Assembly: GCF_006345805.1 (NCBI RefSeq) | Contig: NC_042997.1 | Coordinates: 19,096,001-19,160,000, forward strand | Length of the DNA: 64,000 nt | Source of the DNA: Octopus sinensis | Taxonomy: Eukaryota | Reading direction: 5' to 3' | In this document: in pieces, positions 39,331-52,151 of the stretch | Layout: the number at the start of each line of letters is the position of its first letter | Numbering within the stretch: position 1 is the first letter of the stretch | Made by a program: the position numbers and the translations under genes | The notes under the pieces: generated by a model | Seen by the model: only the letters and a program-made list of their open reading frames with translations | Told to the model about the DNA's origin: nothing | The model's database searches: none

Positions 39331-40183
39331 GATGATATATATATATATATATATATATGTATAATGTATGTATGTATATATATATATATATTATATATGT
39401 ATATATATAATATATATATATATATATAATATATATATATCATAATAAATGCCAAAACGAATTTCTGTGTCAGTGTGCACACTTTGACCACCCTCTTTCA
39501 CTATTCACTGACACTTCTACTGTTCCTCCTGCTAGGGTGAGAGTAATAGCAGGCATAAAGATGGTGAGGTTGGTAGTAGATTGATGGTTGTGATGGCAAT
39601 GGGTAATAGTAATAGTATGAGCTGTAGTTGTGACAGGCGGAGGCTTTGGAGATGATGGTGGTGGTAGTGGTAGCCAAGGTGGTCAGGGATGATGGTGATA
39701 GTAAACCTTGTGAAAGGCAGTGGTGATAGTGGTGGAGGGGAAGGTGGCAAAATCAAAGGTATTGATGGTGGTGGCGTCAGAAGTCTGAATGGTGTGTGTA
39801 TCGCAGCTAGAGTGGCGATGTGGTGGTACTGGTGATGGTGATGGTTGAAAACAATCAACAGAAAGAGAGGAAGAGAGAAAGAAAGAGGTTAGACAGGAGA
39901 AAAATTATACTGACCTCTGAATGGGAAGACAGAAAATGTTGTTTATCATTGCAGCTTTGAAATAAGTTCCACATTGACAAATTATATCATTGTTTTGATG
40001 AAAATTGTTCAGTGCTTGAAAAATATTGGTCAAGTTTTAATAAAATTTAATATGTACTCAATGCATGAAGAGCCCTCCACCACGTTATTATTTGCAATTT
40101 TTACAATTTTATAATTTCACAATATTGAAATATACTATTATTGTTGTATTTCGGAATGGTCATTTTGCCAGTTTAGCCAATAA

Positions 40184-40225
40184 ATAAACTATTACTTTCA
40201 TGTGTTAAGCAATCATCAGGTTTAT
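40184..40225 (-). ncRNA. Degenerate type I hammerhead motif in a putative Penelope pseudo-LTR
   Basis: Minus strand: ATAAAC CTGATGA TTGCTTAACACAT GAAA GTAA TA GTTTAT. Perfect 6 bp stem I and intact core; stems II and III are decayed. Same strand as, and about 430 nt downstream of, the GIY-YIG fragment. Confidence 0.55.
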
Positions 40226-40649
40226 GTAGTGACAGCCATGTTCCACAATCGACAACTGTAGTGAAATGGTTGGATTTATCCTTTAAATACCCTTTGATGG
40301 GCTCCTGCAGGCTGAATCTTATGAACTGCATTTTGACCAATCAGTATGTGGCTTAGATGTCACAGTTTGATGGGTATGTCAAAGATTCTTTGCTTTGACT
40401 ATACCTAAAGGAATAATTGTTTGGCTATATTTTGGAATGTTGTAAACAACATTCTAGTTTTCATTGAATTCTTTTGTTACTCCAGAAATTTTTATTTTTC
40501 AATCAAGTCAATGTTCATTTGGTCAACACTACTACCATTCTCCACTATTGTTGTATGTGATGGTGGCGGTAGCAGTAGAAATTGCAGTAGTATTTATTAT
40601 TATTATTACCATCATCATTATAGTTATCACCATTACTATAACTGTCCAC

Positions 40650-41001
40650 GGGTTGGAATTTATCAATAAAATTCTTTTCTCTAATTTTTCTCTCAATTTC
40701 ACTTGAGTTGTGTAGTTTGTAGAATGGGAATATTATAAACTTTTTCTGACCACATGTTGCCAGATGGTTGCTTAAAGGTATCTGATGGATATCAGGATCC
40801 CTAATTTGCTGTCAGTACAAATGGGAACATTCTGATTATGCATTCCCAATCTGACCAACGTACAATATATCTCTTCATAATTCAGGCATTTGATGCATTA
40901 ATTAAATTTCTGTTGTTGCAGTTCATATTTGCATTTGTAAATATTCTTCTGGTTTTTGTGTTCATATATTGACCAGTATGTATGAACTGACATGCACCAC
41001 A
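40650..41001 (-). mobile_element. Penelope-like element 3' ORF fossil (Cys motif plus GIY-YIG endonuclease)
   Basis: Minus-strand translation across frameshifts: CGACQFIHTGQ...NMNCNNRNLI / CIKCLNYEE / LYVGQIGNA*SECSHLY*QQIRDPDIHQIPLSNHLATCGQKKFIIFPFYKL...ERKIREKNFIDKFQP. Not in the ORF track because of stops. Confidence 0.8.
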
Positions 41002-41160
41002 TCGAGATATATATATATATATATTTATATATATACACACACACAACCACCGACACACCTAGAGGGCAGGAAAAAAGACATATATGGCATATGTATTTGA
41101 TACATAGATACATACATATACAAATACAGACATATATATATATATATATAATATATATAT

Positions 41161-41451
41161 ATCATCGTTTAACGTCCGTTCTCCATGCTAGCATGGGTTG
41201 GACAGTTTGACCGGGGATCTGGGAAGCCAGAAGGCTGCACCAGGCTCCAGTCTGATCTGGCTGTGTTTCTACAGCTGGATGCCCTTCCTAACGCCAACTA
41301 CACTCACGGAGTGGTTGGCGTTAGGAAGGGCATCCAGCTGTAGAAACACAGCCAGAACAGACTGGAGCCTGGTGCAGCCTTCTGGCTTCCCAGATCCCCG
41401 GTCGAACCGTCCAACCCATGCTAGCATGGAGAACGGACGTTAAACGATGAT
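41161..41451. repeat. Near-perfect 291 bp palindrome made of two family B tails
   Basis: Arms of about 140 bp differ at about 4 positions; both end in the (GAT)n tail. Confidence 0.95.
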
Positions 41452-42429
41452 GATGATGATAGGCAAAGAATATAATATATGAATATTAAAAAATGTAAAT
41501 AAAAATAGATATATATATAAAAATAGAAAATTTAAAATCTAATCAAAATAAAAATTTATACACAATATATACATATGTACACATTTTTGAATGGCCATTG
41601 CCTACTCATGAGATTCTCTGCCCTCTGACAGGTCTTGTTTTTAATCTTGCAGGTTTTCCAACAATCACCCTCCTCACCAAGGAAGCATGCTGGGGTTACC
41701 AGATTAGTTGCTGATGACATGACCTTGCAACAGGTTGGACTGGGTTACATGTTACACTCAAGAGTAACACTTACGAGTGACATGGCATATATACATCTAG
41801 GTCACAGCTAACCCATGCATAATTCAGTGGACCTATACACTTACACAAGCTTATATAAGCACACATGCATACACATACATATGTCTGTATGTATATATGT
41901 ATATATGTATATGTATATTCTACAGTTCCAATATAGGCAGGGTCAACAAAACAATTGCTCCATCTAGTGAGAGATAAATATCATCTAATATACACAATTA
42001 CGTGTGTGTGTTTGTGTGTGCATGTGTGCGTGTGCATGTGTGTGTGTGTAAGTATATACTCAGTGCCAACATTTAAGTCTTGGCTATAATTTCATGTTTT
42101 GACTTTTATGAATTGTTGAAGAGACAAGTTGTAGTTTTGTCGTTTTCTACTCGATAAGATTCTAAACTTCAGATCAATTTTTGAAACATGAAGTATTATC
42201 ACTTGGAGCAAAATATTTTCTTGTCTTTTGTGGTACTAAACCTTACAGCTGGAAATCTTGGAACCTGAGAATATTTGTTCCTTATTTTCTAGAATAGTTA
42301 CATGTACTTTTATTGCTTCTTCAATCTGATCTGATTTTGGTGCAAAATAATATTGATTACATACTTAAGTCTTAAGGGCACAAATTTATAAAGTAGAATC
42401 ATATTGTGCTTTGTGAAAGTTCTTTCCAG

Positions 42430-42540
42430 AGAGCAGCAGTGTGGCATAAATGGAATAAATTATCTCCAACTAAGAATAAAAAACATCTTGAAGGTGAAAC
42501 ACTATGGGAGTTTATCACTAACATTAAAGTTCTCACTATA
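42430..42540 (+). CDS. Candidate internal coding exon of an unidentified gene
   Basis: Acceptor gttctttccag|, donor ata|gtaagc; 111 nt. Two frames are open (RAAVWHKWNKLSPTKNKKHLEGETLWEFITNIKVLTI or EQQCGINGINYLQLRIKNILKVKHYGSLSLTLKFSL). Product not recognised. Confidence 0.4.
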
Positions 42541-43134
42541 GTAAGCTATACTAACAACCAATTGATATCTTTTGCCAATGTATAGAGATCGAAAATTGGC
42601 AGTTCAGTATCTACGCCAACAAGTTTCTTTGTATGTTGTTTGTATCAGTCAAACATTTGTAAAATTCTTAACATTTTAGTTGGTGTTATTATTATTTAAC
42701 CCTAGATCAACCCAATCAGACTTATGATCAAAGGGGTTCCAGCTATATTAGTATTATCCAATGCATCCTTCCTCTTTTAAGATAATGTGATGTGACTTAA
42801 GGAAGATTTAGTTACCAGATGTAACAGGTTTTTTTATCTGTATTCATATTCATGTTGTTAATGTGCTCTGGACCACATTAAACAATGTTCTTCTTTTGTT
42901 TTGGTGATAGGACATGTTTTAAAAGAGATTTGATAGCTATTTCAAGCTTGTCAGCTGATCAAATAGAAACACTCTCATTGACTTTTTTGTATTCATGTAT
43001 TCCTGATTGGTGACCCTAAAATTAAGCTTTCTATATTTATTTGAGGAACATTTGTGTATGAGACTTAATTATATTTCAAATAAAACTTAAGCAACAAATA
43101 AGTGAATTCACCTCTATACATTGTAAGTACTTAC

Positions 43135-43335
43135 TGAAGCCAATGGAAGAGCGTCTGATATAGTAAAGCCTGCAAGATATAGTAGCCAGAACTTCTTTTT
43201 AAACACCCTACCATCTTAAAATACGAAAGCAAATATTGATTGATGTTATGGGTCTGTATCTCTTCCTCCTTGTCATAGATATCACTTAGTATTTCTTTAA
43301 TTTCATCTTCCATTCTTTTCTTCTACATATTGTAC
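43135..43335 (-). other. Exon-like segment with strong splice sites and one in-frame TAG
   Basis: Minus-strand acceptor tcctctttttttcag| and donor ca|gtaagt; 201 nt; frame YNM*KKRMEDEIKEILSDIYDKEEEIQ...LFHWL. Confidence 0.3.
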
Positions 43336-43482
43336 CTGAAAAAAAGAGGATTGGTTGTTCATGGCTGGAGTCTCTTTGCTCATAGGTCTGCATGGCTAAA
43401 CAACAACAGGTATTATTTTACTGACCTTGTAAATGATGAAAAGCAAAAATTATTGATTATGACAGCATCTGGACACAGGATG

Positions 43483-45070
43483 AAAAGTGACCCAACTCTT
43501 CCTATTACATTCATAACTTGGACTGTTGGTTTGATGTCTCTATAGTTATTCCTTTTGGGAATATCTTCTTTCTCCTAGTAGCAGTTGATACTGACACTGA
43601 TTTACCAATCATTGGAGATGAAAGCAATGCCCCATAATACAGAACCTGATTACCCTTATACAATAAAACCTGACTGGCATGAGTCACCAGTATGAGTCCT
43701 ACTTCACCAGATATTTTCAACATTCCAGTGTCTATCCCTGATTGTCCACTTGCTTTCTCTGCCTCCATATCCAGAATAGTTTCTTTCAATCTTGTAGCTG
43801 TCAACTCTAATAACTTCCCCCATTGTTGAATCTACTCACTGTAGTCATTCTATCTTCTGTACATTCTCTTTATTCAGGAATCTCTCATAGCAGCAAGTCT
43901 ATGCCTCTTTCTTCTTAGCATCAGTTTAATTCAAGCATACTATTATCATTTTTTTTATATATATAATTCTCTCTAAATACATCCTGAATCCCACCAAGAT
44001 ACTGCTTTGCTATCTGGAATATCTCATTTTCATGAGCTTCTTGTCACAGAACATTTAGTAAATCTCTTACTCTGTTTTACTCCTTGTCAAAACTTAAGTC
44101 TAGCTGTTCTTCTTGTTGATTTGTTCTCTTTAGCCTAATTTTCTTCCTTCTTCTCAGAATCATTCTTCCATTCTCTTCAGATCTGTCACTTAGTTTTTAT
44201 CGCTTTGTCTTCTGTCTCATTCCACCACCATGTTACCTACTGATTTGATCTATAGTTCACAGCAGAATATCTCAAAGCAATTCTCAGTCATATTCTGTTA
44301 TGAGTGTCTTCCCATTCTTCTTCATGTCCCATTGTATTTTGAACTTCAATTTCCAAATCTATTTTCTTTAGATTGCTTTGTGTCTCTAAGCCCGTCTAGT
44401 TCTCACCCCCGATACTGTTAACTAGTGATCAATATTGGACAGCACATTCTTCAAAAGAGCAAGACTTAGCATTCACATCTAAGTATCCTGCTTGCTGGGG
44501 ATCATGAAGCCTAACTAGCTTCTGTGTTGCAGTTGATCAAGTAGCGATCAGTTTCCTGAATTTAGTGTTACAACTGGTTATATCAGTTGCATCACAGGCC
44601 TTTGATTCTTCTTCATTTCTTGCTTCATATTCATGACCTCTGTGTTGCACGAAAGTAGCCATAATGGTATCGTTAAGGTTACCAATAATGGTGATATGGT
44701 CACTGTCATTGGCAGTTATCTCGATATTCTACGAGATGTTCTCAAAGAAACTGTCATTTTGCTCATCCTCATTCTGATACCTATGTAGAGATCTCTGTTG
44801 CAGTCATGCTGTCTATAACTTGTCAAAGCTTAATTATTCTGATGCTTAATCTAACTAACCTCAATTACTTTGTCTATCCATTTGCTTGCCAACAGTATGA
44901 TTTTCCCACTAATCCCAGAGATGTCACCCATCTTTTATACTCTAGCATCTAAGCAATCTCTCCAAAGCTACCCTTTCTTGTGGTAATATTGATGATAGCC
45001 TACCTGAAGTTTTGCACTTTCTTTAAGGAGAGACTTCTTTGTAATGACATTGATGGCGCCCCTGAAAGGA
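43483..45070 (-). mobile_element. Decayed RTE-clade LINE (APE endonuclease to start of RT)
   Basis: Minus strand: ILLASKWIDKVIEV, NEDEQNDSFFEN, CNT (endonuclease); EAEKASGQSGIDTGMLKISGEVG, QVMNVIGRV (RT start). Confidence 0.75.
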
Positions 45071-46036
45071 TGTGAATTGACAGTGTAATCATTTGATATG
45101 AATCAAAGAATAGATACATTTAATCACCCCCATTACTGGTAAGCAGTTGTCCTATATACCCAATTAGGGTTTTCCAATCGTTTTGTGATTGTCATATCTT
45201 GGACCTGCTTCATATGTATTGTGTGTGTACATGTATGCATGTGTATGTGTTTCTGTGTGTGTGTGTGTGTGTGTGCGCGTGTGTTTTAAATCTGTATAAG
45301 TTAAGGGGATGTCATTAAATGCCAAATGCAAATATTTTTTATTTAATATGAAATGTCTTTCAGCTGGAGAAAGGCAGCAAAACCTAGCAGCAATTTGTAA
45401 GGGAAGAAAATTTTGACTTTTGCTTGTAAGAAGGGGACAATGATAGACATGCTCCAATCTATTTGACCTCATCCATATTGTATACTCTACTCAAGGCTCC
45501 CTGATCACTTGACAAATATTTTTACATCTTGTAAAAATGTAACAAATAATTTTTTCCATAGTAAAAAAACTTTGAGTTATTATTATTTGACCATTACATC
45601 TCATAATTTAAAAATATATACATATGGGCAGATATGATTTTAATGACTAATATAGTTAACTTACTTATGGCTCAAACTTCTACCATCCAAATAATATCAT
45701 ACGGCATTTTATGAATAGCATGACTATACATTTTTGTGTATATGTATACATGTTCACTGTGGGTTTGTAAATGCCATCTTAAAATAATCAAAGACTTTGA
45801 GCCTCAGCTCTTGAAATGCCATAAGCAGTTATTAATTTATACTTGTTTTTAAAATTATTTACTTTATATAAATCACAATTAATTATCCTACATTATCTAT
45901 GAAAGGAACTATGTTTGATATATTTTAAAGTAAATATTCAGATATTTGCAATATAACTGGGTGACAGGGGATGAAAAGATCCCAAGGGGTTTTGAGAATA
46001 TATATCAAATGGAAAAGATAAATACCAGTCTTTCAG

Positions 46037-46079
46037 CTGGAAAATGTTCATGAATTATTATTGATCATTATTGGAAAAG
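46037..46079 (+). CDS. Candidate short coding exon
   Basis: Acceptor ccagtctttcag|, donor aag|gtaaaa; only the phase-0 frame is open (LENVHELLLIIIGK); phase-compatible with 42430-42540. Confidence 0.25.
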
Positions 46080-49000
46080 GTAAAAAAGATGAATAAATAA
46101 ATATGTGATGTGTTTTACAGTCTGTAAATAGGCTTTCATGTCAACCTGCAGAAGTAGTTGGGAGAGTAACAATATACTCAATTACACAAACAGCAATCTT
46201 ACTGGAAAATTAAATAACAATTTTAGAGATTTTCTCAGATGTACTGATATATGTTAACAAACCTAGAATCTATAACAGCCCTCTGAGCAAAAGAAAACAT
46301 CTAGGGGACAAATATAAAAACTCATTCAGCTCAGTCTTACATTTTTACATAGATGTGTATACGTGTACATAAATTGAAATGGATAACTATATTGACCAAC
46401 AACTATTCAAACAAGCACACATAAGCCATAACCAATGAATCCACTTCAAAGTTAATAATTCTTGCTTTGCCCTTTTAACCCTAAACTGGTTGTAACATCA
46501 AAAGTACATTTTTGTATCTATTTTATCTATTAGAATTCTTTTGAAATATCGTAACTATATTTAATATTTTCTAACTATAATATAGATTGATTTTGTCTGA
46601 GAGATTGATATCTATCTTATATATTTTATTTTCTTGCTATCAAGCTTACCTTGAAAAACAACACTTGACTGCTAATTGATGTTCAACTACTTGAAAATTT
46701 AACTTACCATCATTACCTTTATATTTTATACCAACATTGCGATCAATTATCTGATTAAATTTCTACTTTCTGGCAGGGCTTGTTTTTATTACTCATTTCT
46801 ATAAATCCCTAAAGAGCAAAAAGAGATAATCTTCATTGTTTAATAGGTCATAATTATTTCTACTTTTTATTTAGATATACCTAGTTATAAATTTACAGTT
46901 GATAGAATACTGGACAATTAACAACTGGTTCACTGGCTTGCATCTAATGAGTTAAACCTCTAGAGCCCTGTCAACAAAGCTGTATCTAGGTATCATGAAG
47001 AAGCACAACTTATTGCTATAAACATTCACATAATTATTGCTCATTTCCTTAGCTTATGGTGTGAGGCTGAAATCATGAATCAATCGAATACAATTCCAAT
47101 TAGTTTATTGAATTACTATACTGAAGATTAAGTCTTCATTGATATTTCAATGCTAAATAACTTGGAAAACTTTACTTGCTATTCAAGTGTATATCTAAAA
47201 TGCATACATACATACCACTAAGCTCAGAATTGAATAGCAATTTAAATAAAGTCATATGCTTTGAAATCATTCAGACATCTGTCCTCTACAGTTGAGTTTA
47301 ATTCCCTGTGGATTCTAACTATTCATATGCAAAAATCACCAATATTTTTAAAATTAAGGGTCAAAGAAGAGAGAGAAGAAATTACCATTCATCATTTAAG
47401 TTTTTTTTTAAATATATTATAAGAGTGATTAAAAACACATTACTAATATATAAAAAAGCAAAATTATGAAAATCAGATATGACTATCTAGTAAAGATCAT
47501 AAATAATGCATTTGATCCGGAAATGCATTTGTGTACAAAACTGAAATGTCACTAGGCTTATAGTTAACAAATGGTCTCAAGGTTTGCCTATGATTTATGA
47601 AACAGACTATGGTAGAGAATATATTTTTAAATAGCTGCATTAATTTATGGTTCCTATTTAGAATGAATAATTGAAAAGATTCTTAGGCTTTTTATGAATT
47701 ATCAACAATAATTACCATAAATGTTTTTCCAAATAAAATGCAAAATCCAATTTTACAAAATGACATCTTCATCTACTTAGTTATTTATTAAAACATCAGC
47801 CTTCTTAAGGTGTCTCTATATGAATATTTTAAATATGGAGTAATGTTTTAAATATGGAATATTTGAATGAATTCCATAAGCTTGAATTTATATGAGATTT
47901 AGCGATATTTTACCCTTCAAAATTTTTGCATCATAATCTGAAAACACAAATCTGCATTGTTTCAAAACAAAGAAAGAAAAGTAAAGGAAAGAAAGCAACT
48001 TTTCTGACTAATTAATTGTATCTTTAGCAATTAATCTTAGAATAAAAAAAATAAGTATTTTCTTCATCCAGGAGAGGTAATACCCATGCATAACTTTGGC
48101 TCTATTTGTTTTTCCCTATTCCAGTTATTCAAAGAACATTAGTTTCAGCAATCAGTTTAGCCTCTCCTTTCTTACAATGACAATAACAACAGAAGGTTAC
48201 ACATTTATGGGAGATTTAAAGGGTTCCATATTGGAGTTCAAATTCAAATACTTTTAGCAATCATGATCATACAAATTAAGCACCAGTAACAATATCAGCC
48301 ATATATAGTGTGATATGCTTAAAGTTGAGTTTCCCGCATTTAACATATTACTTTTGTATATGTTTTTACAGATTTTAAGGTTAAAAAGATGTTATTGAAT
48401 AGAAACAACGTTATGTTTTGCAAGTCAGATTTCATTGACAGAACTTAATCTCATGCTTCAAATGATTTCCATCATATGCAGCAGGTTACTATGAAATATC
48501 AGGTTGCTTTTATGGCACAAACTTTATAAAACAAAATCAATAAAACCTGAATGTACTCATTAATAAATATACTGTTCAAATATTTACCATAACTAAACTT
48601 TTTTGCTTTTATCTTAAAAACAGAAAATATTTACAATTTTGTCTTTCTAATGCCAACTTCCCACATACCAGCTTCACAATAAATTTGGCTTAAATATTAT
48701 CACAAATATAAATAACCCGAGCTGCAACTTACACTCATAAAATTATGACTATCCTTGCTGCTTTCAATATCATCATCATCACTATCATTAATGCTAATAC
48801 TATAATTAATTATCACTAATAGTCACTAATACTATTAATCTTCTTGACCGCATGAACTTCAGAATGGAAAGCAAATGCTTCTAAAATAAACCAAACTTAA
48901 TGTGAACTCGATATACTCAACTAGCTTAATTTCATGTATCATTATCAACAATTACACTGGTTACTCCAAAACTAGCATAAATTCTTAATGACTTTTAACA

Positions 49001-49807
49001 TAGACACAAGATTACAAAATATTGTTGGGAATCAATACAGTCATTAAATTGACACCCAGTACTAGACTGGTCCTTTTCTCAACCCCAGAGGATAAAAGGC
49101 AAAACTGAAACTAGTAGATTTTGAACTGCGATGGTATAAAACTGATGACTAAATTGTGTGAGGTAGTTTGTCTGATGCTCTAGTGATTCTGTCAATTCAC
49201 TGCTCTTAATTCTTATTTAATTTTAATGACTATAGTTCTGAGCCAACCTAACACCACCACCACCACCACTACTACTATTGCATAATTTAAAATTTTACTA
49301 TATGTTTACTGCTACTAGGGACACTGCCATGGTTGTGCGGTTAAGAAGTCCTCCTTGCACTTGCTTGATTTCAGTTTCAATTCGCTTCTATGACACCTTA
49401 GGAAAGTACAACTTCATTTTCACCACAACGTTGAGAATGCAATATGATGGACAAAACTGTGTGGAATTATGACTAAGTAACTGTTCTTGTTTTGGAATGA
49501 TAAATTTAACCTGTCATTTTGTTTTAAAATCATCTGTTGGCTCCTGGGAGATTTTAGGGAGTACATTCTGTTGTTAAGTTGCCACTCTCAGGATAATATT
49601 TTCCCTTCTTCAAGTCCATATGAACAGTCCTGAAAAAGTGGTCATGGGTACTAGCCTTCCTCTCCTCATTAACCTCTGTGGTTCAGAAGTTTATTTCTCT
49701 ACCATATGGTTTTGAGTTCAGTACAGTTGCATGGCACCTTGAGCAAATATCTTTTATGAGACTTTGGACAGAACAAAGTCTTGTGAGTGGTTAAGCCTGT
49801 TCTATCA

Positions 49808-49919
<112 letters not shown>

Positions 49920-49936
49920 GTCTATCTATTTATCTG

Positions 49937-50000
<64 letters not shown>

Positions 50001-50460
50001 CATCCATCTATCTATCAGTGTGTTTGTGTACCTGTTTATGTGTGTGCATGTGTGCATCTGTGTCTATGTATTTGTTTATATTTATGCTTCTCTAAAAATC
50101 ACTGAGTAACAAGCAGTGATGTTGCCATTTTCCTTGTTGACAAATCATGGACAATATTTGTGCCTTCAAAAATATGTTGATTAAAACATTCCTTACTTGA
50201 CAATTGGTGGTTAGAAAGAATCTGGTTGTAAAAATGTTGTGCCTTAATAGTAATATATCTAGTAAATATCTAATCCATATTAGCATAGATTAATATCTAA
50301 ACTTATCTAAGCAGACAAAAATTGTTTCCAATAAGAAACCAAGTTGCACTGATATGGACAGGTGATGTGTGACATGCAACTGGGTTGAACCTAGAATTAT
50401 GTATATGGTTGGAAAGCAAACTTTTAATCCAAACAGTAACATAAGCGGAAAGTGTAACCT

Positions 50461-50768
50461 CTCGAAATAGCTGTTCTTCACTCCTGCTCCAGAGCGTCGG
50501 CTGCGGGGTCATTCCGAAAAGCTCTACCTGCGACGATTTCATCTCAATCGAAGGAGAGGAGCTTTCTCCGTCCGGGTTGCGGATCCGTGGAACAAGCTGC
50601 CAGACGAGATGGTGAAGATGCCGACGACCGCTTTGTTCAAAGCCTCCCTGGACCTCAAGTGGCCTGAACTCTTTACATGAACACCACCCTGTACTTAACT
50701 CCATGTCCCCCTACATGGCCTTGCTATTTGCTTTTGAGCCAAATTAACTAACTAACTAACTAACTAAC
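50461..50768 (+). mobile_element. 5'-truncated CR1/L2-type LINE 3' end with (TAAC)n tail, young
   Basis: Uninterrupted frame 50471-50680: LFFTPAPERRLRGHSEKLYLRRFHLNRRRGAFSVRVADPWNKLPDEMVKMPTTALFKASLDLKWPELFT*, the RGH..KL...FS.RV...WN.LP...FK..LD pattern. CpG-rich; possible TSD TAACCT. Confidence 0.9.
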
Positions 50769-52065
50769 CTAAATGATGTGTATAGATGAGAACAGCTGTA
50801 TAAAGAAGTACTGTTTGCTTAATATGAATGAAGATTCTGGAAAAGGGAGACACAAGATGACATGGGATGAAATAATGAAAGATGGTCACAGAAGAAATGT
50901 TAGATGACTAAAGTGTTTGGTAATATGTAACATGATAGAATACTCATCCAAATGAATGAAACTGAGATACAGGAAGCATAAGGTGTATACATACGACTAG
51001 GTCCCTCACATCATTTGATTTTCTCATGCCCTCCCTATTACTCTCTCATTGCCTCATCCCTAATCCTTTCATCTCTCTCCTAACTACTTCAGTATTCTAC
51101 TATTATAATTAAATGCGAGAGCTATACATATCATCATTCTTTTCTGTGCTACATTAATAACATTGTTCCTCTCTACTGACATTTTCTATTGATCACCCTT
51201 CTATGCAATCAATTATTTCACCCTCTCCTTTGAAACATTTCCTCCTGATTCACCTCTATGTACCTCTGATTACCTCTGTCCATATCACCATGTCTTTCTC
51301 TCTACCTTCACACTTTAAACCTTCCTCTCCACTGACAACCTATTATTCCCCTTTCTCTTTCCTTCCCCTATCTATTGCTTTATTATCATTTTGATGCTCT
51401 TCATGCTTTCTGTACTGCCATCCATCACTCCCCTACCTTCTCCCAATTCATATTTATCATCAACCATTACTCTACTCTTATTCACCATTCACTTCATTCA
51501 CACTCCACTCTGCTTCTATTCTGACCATCCTTCAGTTTCCCTATACACTCTTGCAACCTCTACTCATTCATCCTTACAAGTCTGTCCCCGCTTCTTTCAT
51601 ATTCTAACCTCTAAACACCTAGCATAAAGCAAACTCTCTCTCATATTCACCCACTCAGTTGAAAGGGATCTTAGACTTGTAAGTAACAGGGTAACCTCAC
51701 TTGTGCTGGTGCATGGAAAAAAACATCCAGTTCACTTTGAAAAGTAGTTGGTGCTAGGAAGTGTATCCCACAGTAGAAATTATGACCAAATAAGCATTGG
51801 AGTTGACACACTATTCTCTCTCATTAGATCCTGTCAAACAGTCTTACACATGCTTGCATGGAAAATGGACATTAAATAACTATGATAATGATAATGACCA
51901 AAACCAAAAATAGCTAACACTGGCATAGTTTTATTACAATGGGAGCTTAACTCCTATCCTACAGGATATTTAATATCTCTTTTGGGGGTCCATAATGTTT
52001 TCTGTTGAGATATCCTTGTAACCAAGCTTCTGAAGATTACACCATTAGGTTATGCTAATTCATAA

Positions 52066-52151
<86 letters not shown>

